Shown in pieces: positions 37,777 to 49,144 of a stretch of DNA of 64,000 nt. The position numbers were made by a program, and so were the translations under genes. The first letter of the stretch is position 1. Every line of letters begins with the position of its first letter. The notes beneath the pieces were generated by a model. That model worked only from the letters and a program-made list of their open reading frames with translations. It was not told where the DNA came from and did not search any database. This DNA comes from Octopus bimaculoides (lineage: Eukaryota), in NCBI RefSeq assembly GCF_001194135.2, contig NC_068983.1, forward strand, positions 73,283,153 to 73,347,152, written 5' to 3'.

Positions 37777-38574
37777 ATCATATTCTGTAAGTCGAACTAT
37801 TTTATATCCATACAGACGTACATTTTTTTTCTAATAAATGTATTTAATATTCTGTGTAAATCGAATTGCCTAATTTGCTTCTCATTACGTTTACTCGTCT
37901 AACCGGCTCAAGTTCAAATCTCTTGAGCACTTCGAAGTGTATGCTATATGAAGAACACCTGTCTCTAACCTATAAACTACACACACACACACTCGAACTC
38001 AGGCAATACATTCACTTTTATTTCCATTTCGTGCAGTGATCGTTTCTTGTAACATCTGTAAGACGCGGTGAAGAGGTTACACCCCACCGCATCCCGCTTC
38101 ATTTCTGAACAACCACTGTGCAATCATTACAATCCTTCCCCCAAGGACAACGTAGATTCTTAGAAGGAAAGAGATAGAATGCGAGAGAGAAAGAAAGGGG
38201 GAGAGGGGGGAAAAGAGGGTGGGAGAGAGAGAGAGAGAAGAATGATGTCTTAGAGTATTCCAGAGATTTGAATTTGTAATGTAATTGTTATTTTCAGGCA
38301 GAGTCGACGTGACATAATATTCGATAAGGCTGGCATCCTTGAATTACGGAGACTATTCACAAGACAGGTTGTGCTAAAAGATACCATGCAGTGAGTGAGC
38401 TTGAACCCGATACTTGAAAACTGCGAATCAAATTTCTTAACCAATCGGCCATGCCTCTATCTTGTAGCTATGCTTACATACGCACGCACAAAACTGATAG
38501 GCCGTTGATACAATAAACACAAGTCCAACACACATGCACGCACGCGCGCGCTAAGGTTATACTAACATACATAC

Positions 38575-38722
38575 TGGCTGAGTGGTAAGAAACTTGCTTC
38601 CTAACTACACGATTCTGGGTTCAGTCCCACTATGTGAAACCTTGGACAAGTGTCTTCTATAACCTTGGGCAGACCAAAGCCTTGTGAGTGGATTTGGTAG
38701 ACGTAAACTGAAAGGAGCTCGT

Positions 38723-38754
<32 letters not shown>

Positions 38755-38766
38755 TGTATGTATGTA

Positions 38767-38851
<85 letters not shown>

Positions 38852-39075
38852 GTGTGTGTGTATGTATGTATGTGTATTTGTTGTTTCCCACCATCACTTG
38901 ATAACCGATGCTGTTGTGTTTATATTACCGTAACTTAGCAGTTCGACAAAGAAACCGACAGAATAAATACTAGGCTTACAAACAATAAATCCTGGGGGCG
39001 GTTTCAACTGAAACCCTTTAAGGCGGTGCCCCAGTATGGCTGCTTTCAAATGACCGAAACAAGTAAAAGAATAAA
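38575..39075 (+). mobile_element. SINE family A with an expanded internal (TATG)n(TG)n microsatellite
   Basis: Collinear with 35753-36157. The internal repeat at 38725-38875 is about 150 bp. Confidence 0.88.
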
Positions 39076-39173
39076 ATATACACACAGAGCTTTAAAACCG
39101 AGTTCAACTGGTACAACGATCCAAGGGAGGTCGGGGAGCTGATGAGAGAGCCCGTAAATATCGTACACACACA

Positions 39174-39223
<50 letters not shown>

Positions 39224-40069
39224 CACATGCACGTGTGTTCGCTCAAACTACTAAAAAATTGCAGGCAGTTTCTCCCTAAAATCACCCTCTTGCACCCTAG
39301 AAGAGAAATTAAATAAGACGGCACTGGGTTCTGAGTGGAAAAGAAAACGGGGGGGGGGGGAATAACAAACACAAAACAAAACAGAACAAAAAAACCTTGA
39401 TGATCACAACTAAGGTGCCTTTGATTATAGGCCGGCTCGGGCGAATGCCGAAAAGCAGTTAAACAACAAAACAACAATTGATAAAACATTCATGTTGCGC
39501 CAATGTGTGCAATGAACAAAGCGAGAGAGAGAGAGAGAGAGGACTAGGAGGAGGAAAGTGGGGGAAATTTGCCTGAAGAGAGAGAAAAAAAACACTAACT
39601 CATAAACTAACAGGTCGTTCGTTATAAGAAGTCATCGGGGCAGAGTTAACGCGTGTGCAGACAGAATGTATCACTTCCGGCATCATCACAGGCATCCACA
39701 CTACCATTTCACCACAGCTAAATATAATTCTACTCATATCTAGTATGCATTATAGGAATTGACGCCAATGCTTGACACGCAGCTTGTGCCGCCAGCAGCA
39801 GGCTTTGACTTTGCTCCAACCCCCATGAAAAACACAAAATAATACACTTCAAAAGTGCAGCCCCACCCCTCGGACCTTAAAAAGCCGCTTGCGAGGACCG
39901 CTTCCCTTAATCATTTAGCCATGCATGTGACGGGATTTGAACTGAGAGCATAAAAGGCCGAAACTGAATATGTAATGGTTTTTAACAGGTATAAGTGTTA
40001 CAGTACACTAGCTGCTTTTATACCTCTCTCTCTCCCTTTTTCTCTATCTATATGTGTGTTTGTGAAAAA

Positions 40070-40413
40070 GGCGCATGGCCCAGAGGTTAGAGCGTCGGGC
40101 TCACAATCATTAGGTAGTGACTTCGATTCCGGGATCGAGCTGTGTGTTGTGTTCTTGAACAAGACATTTTATTTCACTTTACTCCAATTCACTTAGCTAT
40201 AGAAATGAGTTGCGACATCACTGGTGCCGAGCTGTATCAGCCTTTGCCTTTCTCTTAGATAACATCGGTGGCGTGGAGAGGGGTGGGGTGGCGTGGTTTG
40301 CATGGGCGACAGCTGGTCTTCTATAAACAACCTTATTCGGACTTGTGTCTCGAACAAGGTTTCTTAGTGCAATCCCAAGATCATTCATGACCGAAGGGAG
40401 TATTATACCCTTT
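40070..40413 (+). mobile_element. tRNA-derived SINE family D, full length
   Basis: GGCGCATGGCCCAGAGGTTAG A box, GACTTCGATTCC B box, TTCTTGAACAAGACATTTTATTTCAC core, 3' end GACCGAAGGG...TACCCTTT. Confidence 0.8.
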
Positions 40414-40549
40414 ATATAATATATACATAAACACAAACAATATATGTATTTAGAAGCATACATATATTTAAAAACCCTTTGGACAGAAAAAGTCGAAGGA
40501 TCCAAACCCACATTTGTAAACATGGAAAACATTCTACCATTGGATACAG

Positions 40550-40715
40550 AAATTTGAAGGATTGCAGAGGAGCTGGCACAGGACTGCCAGTGATGGAGAG
40601 CACTGGTGGACCTGGTCGGCTTTACGCATGACTACATCTTTGGGACCACTAGCCTAGGACGACCCCAGCCCCGTCAAGCAAGAACATGAAACAAAAGCAA
40701 GCAAGCTTTGGCCCA
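40550..40715 (+). mobile_element. Possible RTE-like LINE extreme 3' end
   Basis: AEELAQDCQ*WRALV resembles the RTE A.DR..WR.LV terminus, followed by a short UTR with GCAA repeats. Confidence 0.35.
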
Positions 40716-40908
40716 ATGAAAGAGGGTCTTTCATATAAATGGTTGAGAGAGCGTGTACAAACTGTTCCTTAACGTCCATGTATACATTTTATATAGCTTG
40801 CAAATTGTTATATCTCATATAGAATATAAAAATATTTGACATTTTAAACTAAAATCGTAACCATAGATCGACAGAAGCATGACAAAAGAGAAAACGCACA
40901 CACCCATG

Positions 40909-40951
<43 letters not shown>

Positions 40952-41309
40952 ATATATACACATGCGCATATAATTATGTATTTGCTATTGATGAATGCAC
41001 AAATATTTTATGCCTTTGTGTGGAGTTTGAGTGTGGTTTGAAACATGTTGCTCCTATTTGTACTATTCCAATTACTCATGTAACGAAAAATTTGGTTAAC
41101 GAACAAGGCTCTAGAATAGTGTATGTTCGTATATTGAGACCCAACTGCGTATATAGGGAGGAAGAGAGAAAGGAAGTGAGACGGAGGGAGAAATGCTGTT
41201 TTGTTAACTTCCACATAAAAGCTCTCATGTCTGTGTCATAAGAACAATATGTCGTTCGAGCAACCAGCAAGGTGATTAATGATAGTAAAAACGCCTACGC
41301 TGATTCAAT

Positions 41310-41825
41310 CTTTGTTAAGAAAGCAGTGTGACCGAAGAAAAGACTAATCTGATGGTCTGCTGTCCACGAAATGTGACTGGATGATGAGAGATGGCCTGGA
41401 AAAGTAGCTGAACTTCCCATCATATATCTTGGTTTGGGATGCCATAAGATTATCTTACTGGAGTTAACTGAGTCTGGGAGGAGAGCGGAATTCAATGAGT
41501 TGGTGAAGGACTGCTGCGAGAAATGTTGGCGCACCGGGTCTTTGCCAGAGCAAGTGGGCCGTCGATGTCTGGTAGGTCGCTTCCTTAGGAAGGCCTACGG
41601 GACCCTAGGCATTACAGGAGTTGAACAGAACTAACAGGGACAATGTTAAAACTGCAGAGACATCTGGTTGGTTCTGGCTAAAAAGAGGTTAGCATTGGTT
41701 TCGGTTGAATACCATTTGGGCACAGGCAGCCGAAACTAATTGAACCTCCGTCGGATCATCTGGATACCAGCGTATGTTGCACAAATCGAAAATATCCAGT
41801 GATCCGAAGATGAAGTGTCCAAACA
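41310..41825 (+). mobile_element. HERO-like (RLE-type) non-LTR retrotransposon 3' fragment
   Basis: Remnants GLLSTKCDWMMRDGLEK*LNFP and KIILLELT...FNELVKDCCEKCWR..LP.QVG..GRFLRKAYGTLGITG match the HERO/NeSL RLE endonuclease region (GLL.TA.DW...L.FP, LLELTVPWE, ELV..C...GW, P.EVG). Clade assignment is from memory. Confidence 0.7.
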
Positions 41826-42654
41826 TTGCATCCGTATATATGTTGAACTCACTTCTAAACAAAAAAATTAATTGAACAAATACTGTTTTAAAATGTATTC
41901 TTTTCAATGATTCCCTCAACGTTTGTTTTTACCAACAGAAAGAAACCCAAAGATGAATATACAGCATAACTGCTGGATTTAATCTCTAGGTAAATAATGT
42001 CTGCTCTCAACTGAGTCCTGATAGAGCAGACCTCTAATCAATCCAACCATAACCATCTCGTCTTATTGTAAATTTAGCACTGCATTGTGCAATGTATCTA
42101 TCCTTTTCTTTAAAAAGACAGTAGCGTTTGACTTGAGGAAGATTTGGTTGCTCTTTCTAGGAGCTGAGCGACCACGTAGAGACTCCTACGTTAGTTCGCA
42201 ATGTGGTCTTACACATTATAACAGAACAAAAGTAATCGATTGCATCGACCCAGTTTATCACTGGCGCTTAATCTATCGACCCGGGAGAGATGAAAGGCAA
42301 AAATGTACTCCGACGGGAATAGAACACAAAACGTAAAGGGACATAACTACATTCAACAAAGCTTTTTTAGTCTGGCGCACTTTTGTTTCCACCACGCACC
42401 AGTCTTAGCCCCGATAATTAATATTTATAATTATACTTTAAATACCTAAATAACTATAAAAAAATCTCTTTAACTCTCTTTTTTCCTACTCTGTCTCCGT
42501 CTGCGTGTATGTGTGTGTGTGTATAAATATGTAAGTATCTCTCTCTCTCTCTTTCTATATATAAATATCCATCCATTTATCTACGTCACTATTTAATTGT
42601 TTGTCTACTAATCTATCTATCAATTAACCATCAATTTATGTCTATATGTGGCTA

Positions 42655-42695
<41 letters not shown>

Positions 42696-43697
42696 GCATG
42701 TATTATACACACATAATTATCCGTTAATCCATCTATTTATCTTCATTTGTCTGTCAATCTAACCATGTATCAAAATATTCAATTACCCATCTATATATCT
42801 ATTTATGTTACTATTCTATTCAATTAGCTATCAGTCCAGCTATATATATGTCCCTATTTCTCAATGCACTTATCTATCTAAATATTGAATTATCTTCCCC
42901 TCTATGTCTTTGTCTCTCTCTATCCCTATCTATCCAAATATTCACTTTTTTCCCCCCATCTATCTGTCTGTCAATCTGTCTCCAATTATCCATTGATCAA
43001 ACGGTCAGACTATAATCTACAACCAGTGCCCTCTATTCCAAGGACAGTCATATCATCTAGTACTGTTGCCATCTCTACGAAACAAACCGGCTGATTCCAG
43101 AACAGATGGAATATTGATTTAAGCAAATGCTTCTTTCATTATCTTGTTGATCTCTTGTAGTCTCTTGGAAACCTGCCGGCGCTTAAGCGATAGGAGAATG
43201 TCCCAGTAATTGCAAGCAATTCACGGACTTTCCGCAGTGACATCTGTATGAAATAAGAATATCACCACCCACTCTGAAAGTTATTTGCTATTCGGTGTTT
43301 CCTGCCACTTAGTAAATTACCAACATTTGCAAACCACTAAGAGTCAATGAATTACCCAATAATTTAAGAAAATAGGCGGTGATATTTATACTCCATGAAA
43401 ATGTTGCGCAAAGTCCATGAACTTGTAATTGCTGCTTAAATGGTGGTAGGTTTCTAAGATTCACGGAGATCAACAGGATAATAAACCCGTCATGTCTCAA
43501 TCAACATTCCGACTTGTTTTGTTTTGTCCAGATGTCAAAAGTGCCACATAGTACGACTTTATGTCCTTGGACTAGAGGACACTGCCTACTCTACCGTATT
43601 ACTGTAATGGATTCTTTCACCGCAGTTAATATCCTTAACTGCATTCTTCTTTTGGGTTCTGTCGTTTATCGGCAGGACAAATGAAAATTTCCAAATA

Positions 43698-46099
43698 CAG
43701 GGGTACCTTGACTTACGAGTGTCCCAACTAACGAGTTTTTCGAGATACGAGCTGTCTCTCGGCCGATTTTTTGCTTTGAGTTGCGAGCTAAAATTTGGGT
43801 TACGAGTCAGGTTTAGATACCCCACCGCTAGTTGGCGTAGCGAACGCCACAGTGAACGCCATAACATCCGCCCAGCATCCCGTGTTTCACTCGATAGCTA
43901 GACAGATATGCATGTTAACAAGTGCAAAGATCATTAGTATATCGATAGCTAGACAGACATATGTGTTAGCAAGTGTGAAGATCACTAGTGGATCATTAGC
44001 TAGACGGGTGTTAAAATGCTTACTTAGTCGTTTCAGGCTACAGAAGCATCAGTGTTGTGCTCGCAATTGTGCTTGCAGTTATTTTGCAAAACTTCCGAAA
44101 AAAGTGAGTGCGAAGGACTGTGCTGAGAAGAAGCGGATGATGTGCATTGAATTAAGAAAGAAATTATCGAAAAACATGACCAAGGTGTGCGTGTAGTCGA
44201 CATGGTGAAGCAGTACGAGCGTAGCATTCTACGACCTGCACCATACCGAAGCAGAAGGAGTCGACAAAGGCTATAACGCCAGCCAAAGGCGTTAAAATTT
44301 CTAAACAGCGGACATCTATCCATGAAAATATGGAGAAGTTTCTGATGGTGTGGTTGAAGGAGAAACAGCTCGTAGGAGATTTCGTGACGGAAACTATAAT
44401 CTGCGAGAATGCACGAGCTATTTACGCTGATTTGCTGCAGCAGACCCCAGACACTTGTACGGACGAGACATCGGGCGAACCGTTTAAAGCTAGTCGGGGG
44501 CTGGTTCGAGAATTTTAAAAAGAGAACCGGCATTCACTCCCTTGTCAGGTATGGTGAGGCAGCAAGAGCGGATACGAAGGCAGCTGAGGGTACCTCAAAA
44601 CTTTTGCCGGAATTATAGCAGCCGAAAGATACATCCCCCAGCAAGTCTTCAACTGTGACGAGACAGGACGTTTTTGGAAGAAGATGCCAAGGAGGACTTA
44701 CATAATGGTAGAGGAGAAGAGGATGCCAGGCCACAAACCTATGGAAGATAGGCTAACCCTCGCTCTGTGCGCCAATGCGAGTAGCGACTGCAAGATTAAG
44801 CCGTTGCTCGTTTATCGTTCGGAAAACCCCAGAGCTTTTAAGTCACATAAGATTCTGATAGAAAAACTGCAAGTTATGTGGAGGGCAATTCCAAAGGCGT
44901 TGGTCACCAGATAGTTTTCTGTGGAGCGGATGAATTTGATCTTTGGTCCTGGCGTTAAGAAATATCTCCAGGAAAATAACCTACCCATGCAAGCCCTTCT
45001 TATCCTGGACAATGCATCTGTTCACCAACCTAACCTCAAAGATGACATCTTCGAAGGGTCCAAGTTTATAAAAGTTCTCGACCTTCCACCCAGCACCACC
45101 CCTACCCTGTAGCCCATGGACCAACAGGAGATTTTTAATTTAAAGAAGTTCTTCACCAGCACCTGTTCCGCCGCTGCTTTGAGGTGACGGAGAGCACAAA
45201 CCTCACCCTTCGAGAATTCTGGAAGGACCACTCGAATATCGTGATATGCCTAAGAATTATCGATATGGCCTGGCAGGGTGTTACAAAGAGGGTCTTGACC
45301 TCTGCGTGGAAGAAACTGTGGCCTGAGGTTGTGTCTGAAACTGACTTTGAAAGACTCGAACCTGAAGCGGCAGTGGTGGAGGAGAGTGTATCTCTCGGCA
45401 AGTCCATGGGCCTGGACGTGGATGAAGGTGACATCAATGAGCTCATCGAGGAGCACTCCGAGGAACTGACAACGGAAGAGCTAAAGGAGCTACAGACGCA
45501 GCAGCACACGGAGGTTTTGCAGGAAATAGGTGACGCGGAGGAGACGGAGGGGGTTATCTCTACAAGGAAATGTTGAGAATGTGGGAGAAACTTTCAGACT
45601 TTATTCAAAAGAAACACCTAGGAAAAGTTGCAGCTGGGCGAACTATTTAATGACACTTATCTAACTTATTTCAAAAGTACTCTGAAAGTGAGGATGAAAC
45701 AGACCTTATTGGACAGGTTTTTATTGAAAACTCCTGCAGATGAAAGTGAGGAAGGCGTAGAGAAAAGGGAAAAAATCAGTTCAACCTTTTTCCTCCACCT
45801 CCGTCAACATTCTCAAGTCGTTTGATCTCCAAGGTAAATGCTGTACGTAATACTTAATAAAAACAGTTTATTGCAGTACATTCTGTTGTATTGTTTTTAT
45901 ACAGTATTCGTTATTTATAAATACGTGTTTATTATTCAAAAACACGTAACAAAAAAAATTGCAGTGTTTTTTTTTTGTGGGGCCGGATCAGATTTGAGGC
46001 ATTTCAATTCATTTCAACGGGAAAATTTGATTTGACATACGAGTAGAGTTACGAGCTCCGTCACGGAACGAATTAAACTCGTAAGTCAAGGTACCACTG
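43698..46099 (+). mobile_element. Full-length Tigger/pogo DNA transposon, 2402 bp
   Basis: 23-bp TIRs CAG(G/T)GGTACCTTGACTTACGAGT (43698-43720 / 46077-46099) with 1 mismatch. TA TSD at 43696-43697 and 46100-46101. Confidence 0.95.
44090..45770 (+). pseudogene. Tigger (TIGD1-like) transposase pseudogene: CENP-B HTH plus DDE_1, DD36D
   Basis: MEKFLMVWLKEKQ..G, FKASRGWFENFKKR, VFNCDETG (D1), KDRLTL-like EDRLTLALCANAS, LILDNAS (D2 at 45008), 36 residues to PMDQ (D3), SAWKKLWP. Several frameshifts and stops. Confidence 0.92.
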
Positions 46100-46690
46100 T
46101 ATTCAGTTACAGCTATTTAAACATCTACAACCACACATAATCTACTATGTTTACATTACATTTATTTCTTGAGGTTATCAACATTTTCGTCGCCCCACTG
46201 TGTCCTTATCACTGATACAATTCCAGTGCAACTGTTTGAAACTTAACTACTCTAGAACTAAATAGAAATGTTAAAACAACAGTTTTTGTGTATTTTTACA
46301 CAGCTAAAATGACTCTTCCAAATTGCTTCAGTTTCAATACATATTTCAGAGCAAATCACTTGCAGGACAAGTTCAACCCCCATATTTTCAATATCATATA
46401 CCAATGGCAATTTAAAAACCCAATAAATTTGAAATTCACTGGTTTCTGCGACCCTTTATCAGGATAATTTTTATCTGATATTGGAATAACTAGAAAACGG
46501 CCAGAAGATACGGGCTTTTTTGAAAGATTCTCATTATCCTTCGCGATAGGCAATGCTGCCAACGTCCTACTCGGTGCCTATTTGCTTTTAGACGTGTGTG
46601 TGTTTTATATAAGAATTCATACTGAAGAAACTAGAACCACTGCGGCTATACTGGGTCATCACCTTGAAGGGTTTATATACATACATACAT

Positions 46691-47045
46691 ATATGGTGGA
46701 AGTCAACTCGTGACTGAGTAAGACCACTTCCAAACTCAATAGGGCCCTGCAAACATTCCAAGAGTCCAAAACTAGTGGCACAACAGAAGTGTGAAACAAC
46801 CAGAAACCAACAGCATTTTATACGTTTGCCTTCTCCTAGAGGAGAGTTTTAATGAGAAGTAAAGGTCCTTCGTTCCCAGTAGTTTACATGCTAATTAACC
46901 CATAGTAGGGACTCTAACAGGTGCTACTACTCTAGATCAGAGTAGATCGGGGAACAATAGTAGCTAAGAGGTGGTTCCGCGTTTCTCAAAATCCTGGTAC
47001 ACCCCCTGCTACCGGATGCAGTATAACTCATACCTAGGACATTTT
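46691..47045 (+). repeat. Composite of unclassified old interspersed repeats
   Basis: 46691-46770 matches 51855-51927 inverted. 46886-46904 is identical (19/19) to 17969-17987. 46951-46978 matches 18019-18046 (26/28). Confidence 0.6.
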
Positions 47046-48889
47046 ACACACACACATACAAGAAAATCGCAGCCGGTCGCACAACCGTTTTTCAAAGCAA
47101 CTGCTGGCTGATAAAGTAAACGTGGAGATATAAACTTAACGGTTGCCAAAATAAAGTGGCAGTCGGGTGTTGTAGAAAAACCGTCTCCATCCAACCTTCA
47201 CGTCTTGGACATTTCGGTAGGTCACGTATAAGTGAGTCTGTTAGCTCATAAGCATCTGAAAACACATTCACGAAAGGTATAATGAAAACGTACACACACT
47301 CAAAAGCGCATGCCAATGCGTGTTGATTGCGAGTAACAACTGTATTTTCCGACATACAAGTCAACATAATATTGAAGTGTTAACATTCAAACATCGTCAC
47401 TACCTTTCCAAATCCTACTGCATTTCCCATGGAATTCTTGGTCTTAAAGAGTCGTCTTGGTGTATAAGTTGAACAATCATTTTGGACTGTAAATTTCAAT
47501 CTGAAAAATTCGATTTGTATGCCAGAAAATACGGTAATGTTTCCTTTCCCTTTATTTATGATCTTTGAGAAAGTATTAGCTATTATGTCTAGCATGTGAA
47601 GGACCACGTACAAGCTCCCAACGCTGCTTCCTGTCTCAGTTGTGAGCCATTTCAGTTCACTTTGTTCACTTTGTGAAAGAAAGGCATGAATGTCTCAGCT
47701 AGCACTTTTACCGTTTCTCCTTAATTCAATCACCGAATCATTCAATATAGCTAACTTCTGTATTGCTGAATGTCAGTGATTATAAATCTTCAAACAAAAT
47801 TGCAGTCACTTGATTTGATGTCTGAAACTATTTATTGTGCGGCTGCGTTTGAAATAATAAATAGTTTATCAGTTCACAACCACCACAGCTTGACAACAAC
47901 TGCCAATAATTTACTTAGCGGATTAAAAGGGATTAGAAGGCTTCAGATATTTAATTGACACGATCCGATACATTGTAGTTATCTATTTTATTGACTCCGT
48001 GAGAAGGCTAAAAATCTACGCTGTTTTGTTATTAAGGACTTGCATTCGATTTGTGATTACTTCCCTTTAAAAAGCGCCGCTCGTTGCTTAGCGCTACGTC
48101 AGCTCTGATCGAACAAACCTTATCCTATGGTCAAAGGCATTCATGTTATTCCGGAGATTCACTATTGGGTAATACTTGTTTCAAAACATGTATATTAGTG
48201 GGTACAGTGCAGCAGTAGATACATCTCTTCACGTTCTAAAATCAAACCACACCCGAATCGACTTTGACTAAGCTGGCTAAATAGAATTATTGGGGTTAGA
48301 GTAATCAACTAGACATCGCCCTCACTCCAAGGGGAAACAAAAAAGAGAAGAAAAAAAATGTGTGGAGTTGTATCAATGTTTAAAATGGTAGTCGTAGCAA
48401 ATTTCATTAAAAAACATCCATTTTTCTGGAAGTTATCAGGAAACAGAATAAGCTCGAGTGAATTATCCGAAACTCCTCCCCTTCTTTCCGCCGAAAAAAA
48501 ATTTCAAAACAAATTCCGATACAATCAGAATCTGAGCCACCTGGAAAGTATTTGTAGAACATTCCATTAAAAAAATATCCATTTTTCTGAAAGTTATGAG
48601 GAAACAAATTCAGTAGAGGGTACGTACACTCGTGTAGGCAGAATGTTGATATCAATAGTACTCAACAAGAAAAACGGATTCTAACTGACCATCCCATTTA
48701 GTTTTCCGAGACATAATATATCTAGAATTACATTATCCAATACATTCTTCGTTTAAAAGACGCTGAGGTTTGATTAGAAGGAGATTTATTTGGCTACAAG
48801 AGCAAGTAGAACAACCATGTAAAAGCTCTGTTGAAGTGCAACCAAATCTTCACATTTTTCTTTACTGTCTTAGAAATAGTGGTATCTCT

Positions 48890-49144
48890 TTTACTCTCTT
48901 TTACTTGTTTCAGTCATTTGACTGCGGCCATGCTGGAGCACCGCCGTTTAGTCGAGCAAATCGACCCCAGGAATTATTCTTTGGAAGCCTAGTACTTATT
49001 CTATCGGTCTCTTTTGCCGAACCGCTAAGTTACGGGGACGTAAACACACGAGCATCGGTTGTCAAGCGATGTTGGGGGACAAACACAGACACAAACATAT
49101 ACACACACACATATATATATACATATATACGACGGGCTTCTTTC
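48890..49144 (-). mobile_element. SINE family A, 3' half, running into an assembly gap
   Basis: Near-identical to the 3' half of 60001-60398. Confidence 0.9.

Noticed and set aside
41780-41825. Possible hammerhead-like arrangement in the HERO-like 3' UTR
   Set aside because: The boxes are too degenerate (CGAAAAT...GATGAAGTGTCC) and no CTGANGA is present.
47380-47613. Possible ~97-bp minus-strand exon (TTTTTCAG ... AAG|GTAGTG)
   Set aside because: Splice-like sites are common in AT-rich DNA, the peptide is unrecognisable, and no neighbouring exons were found.
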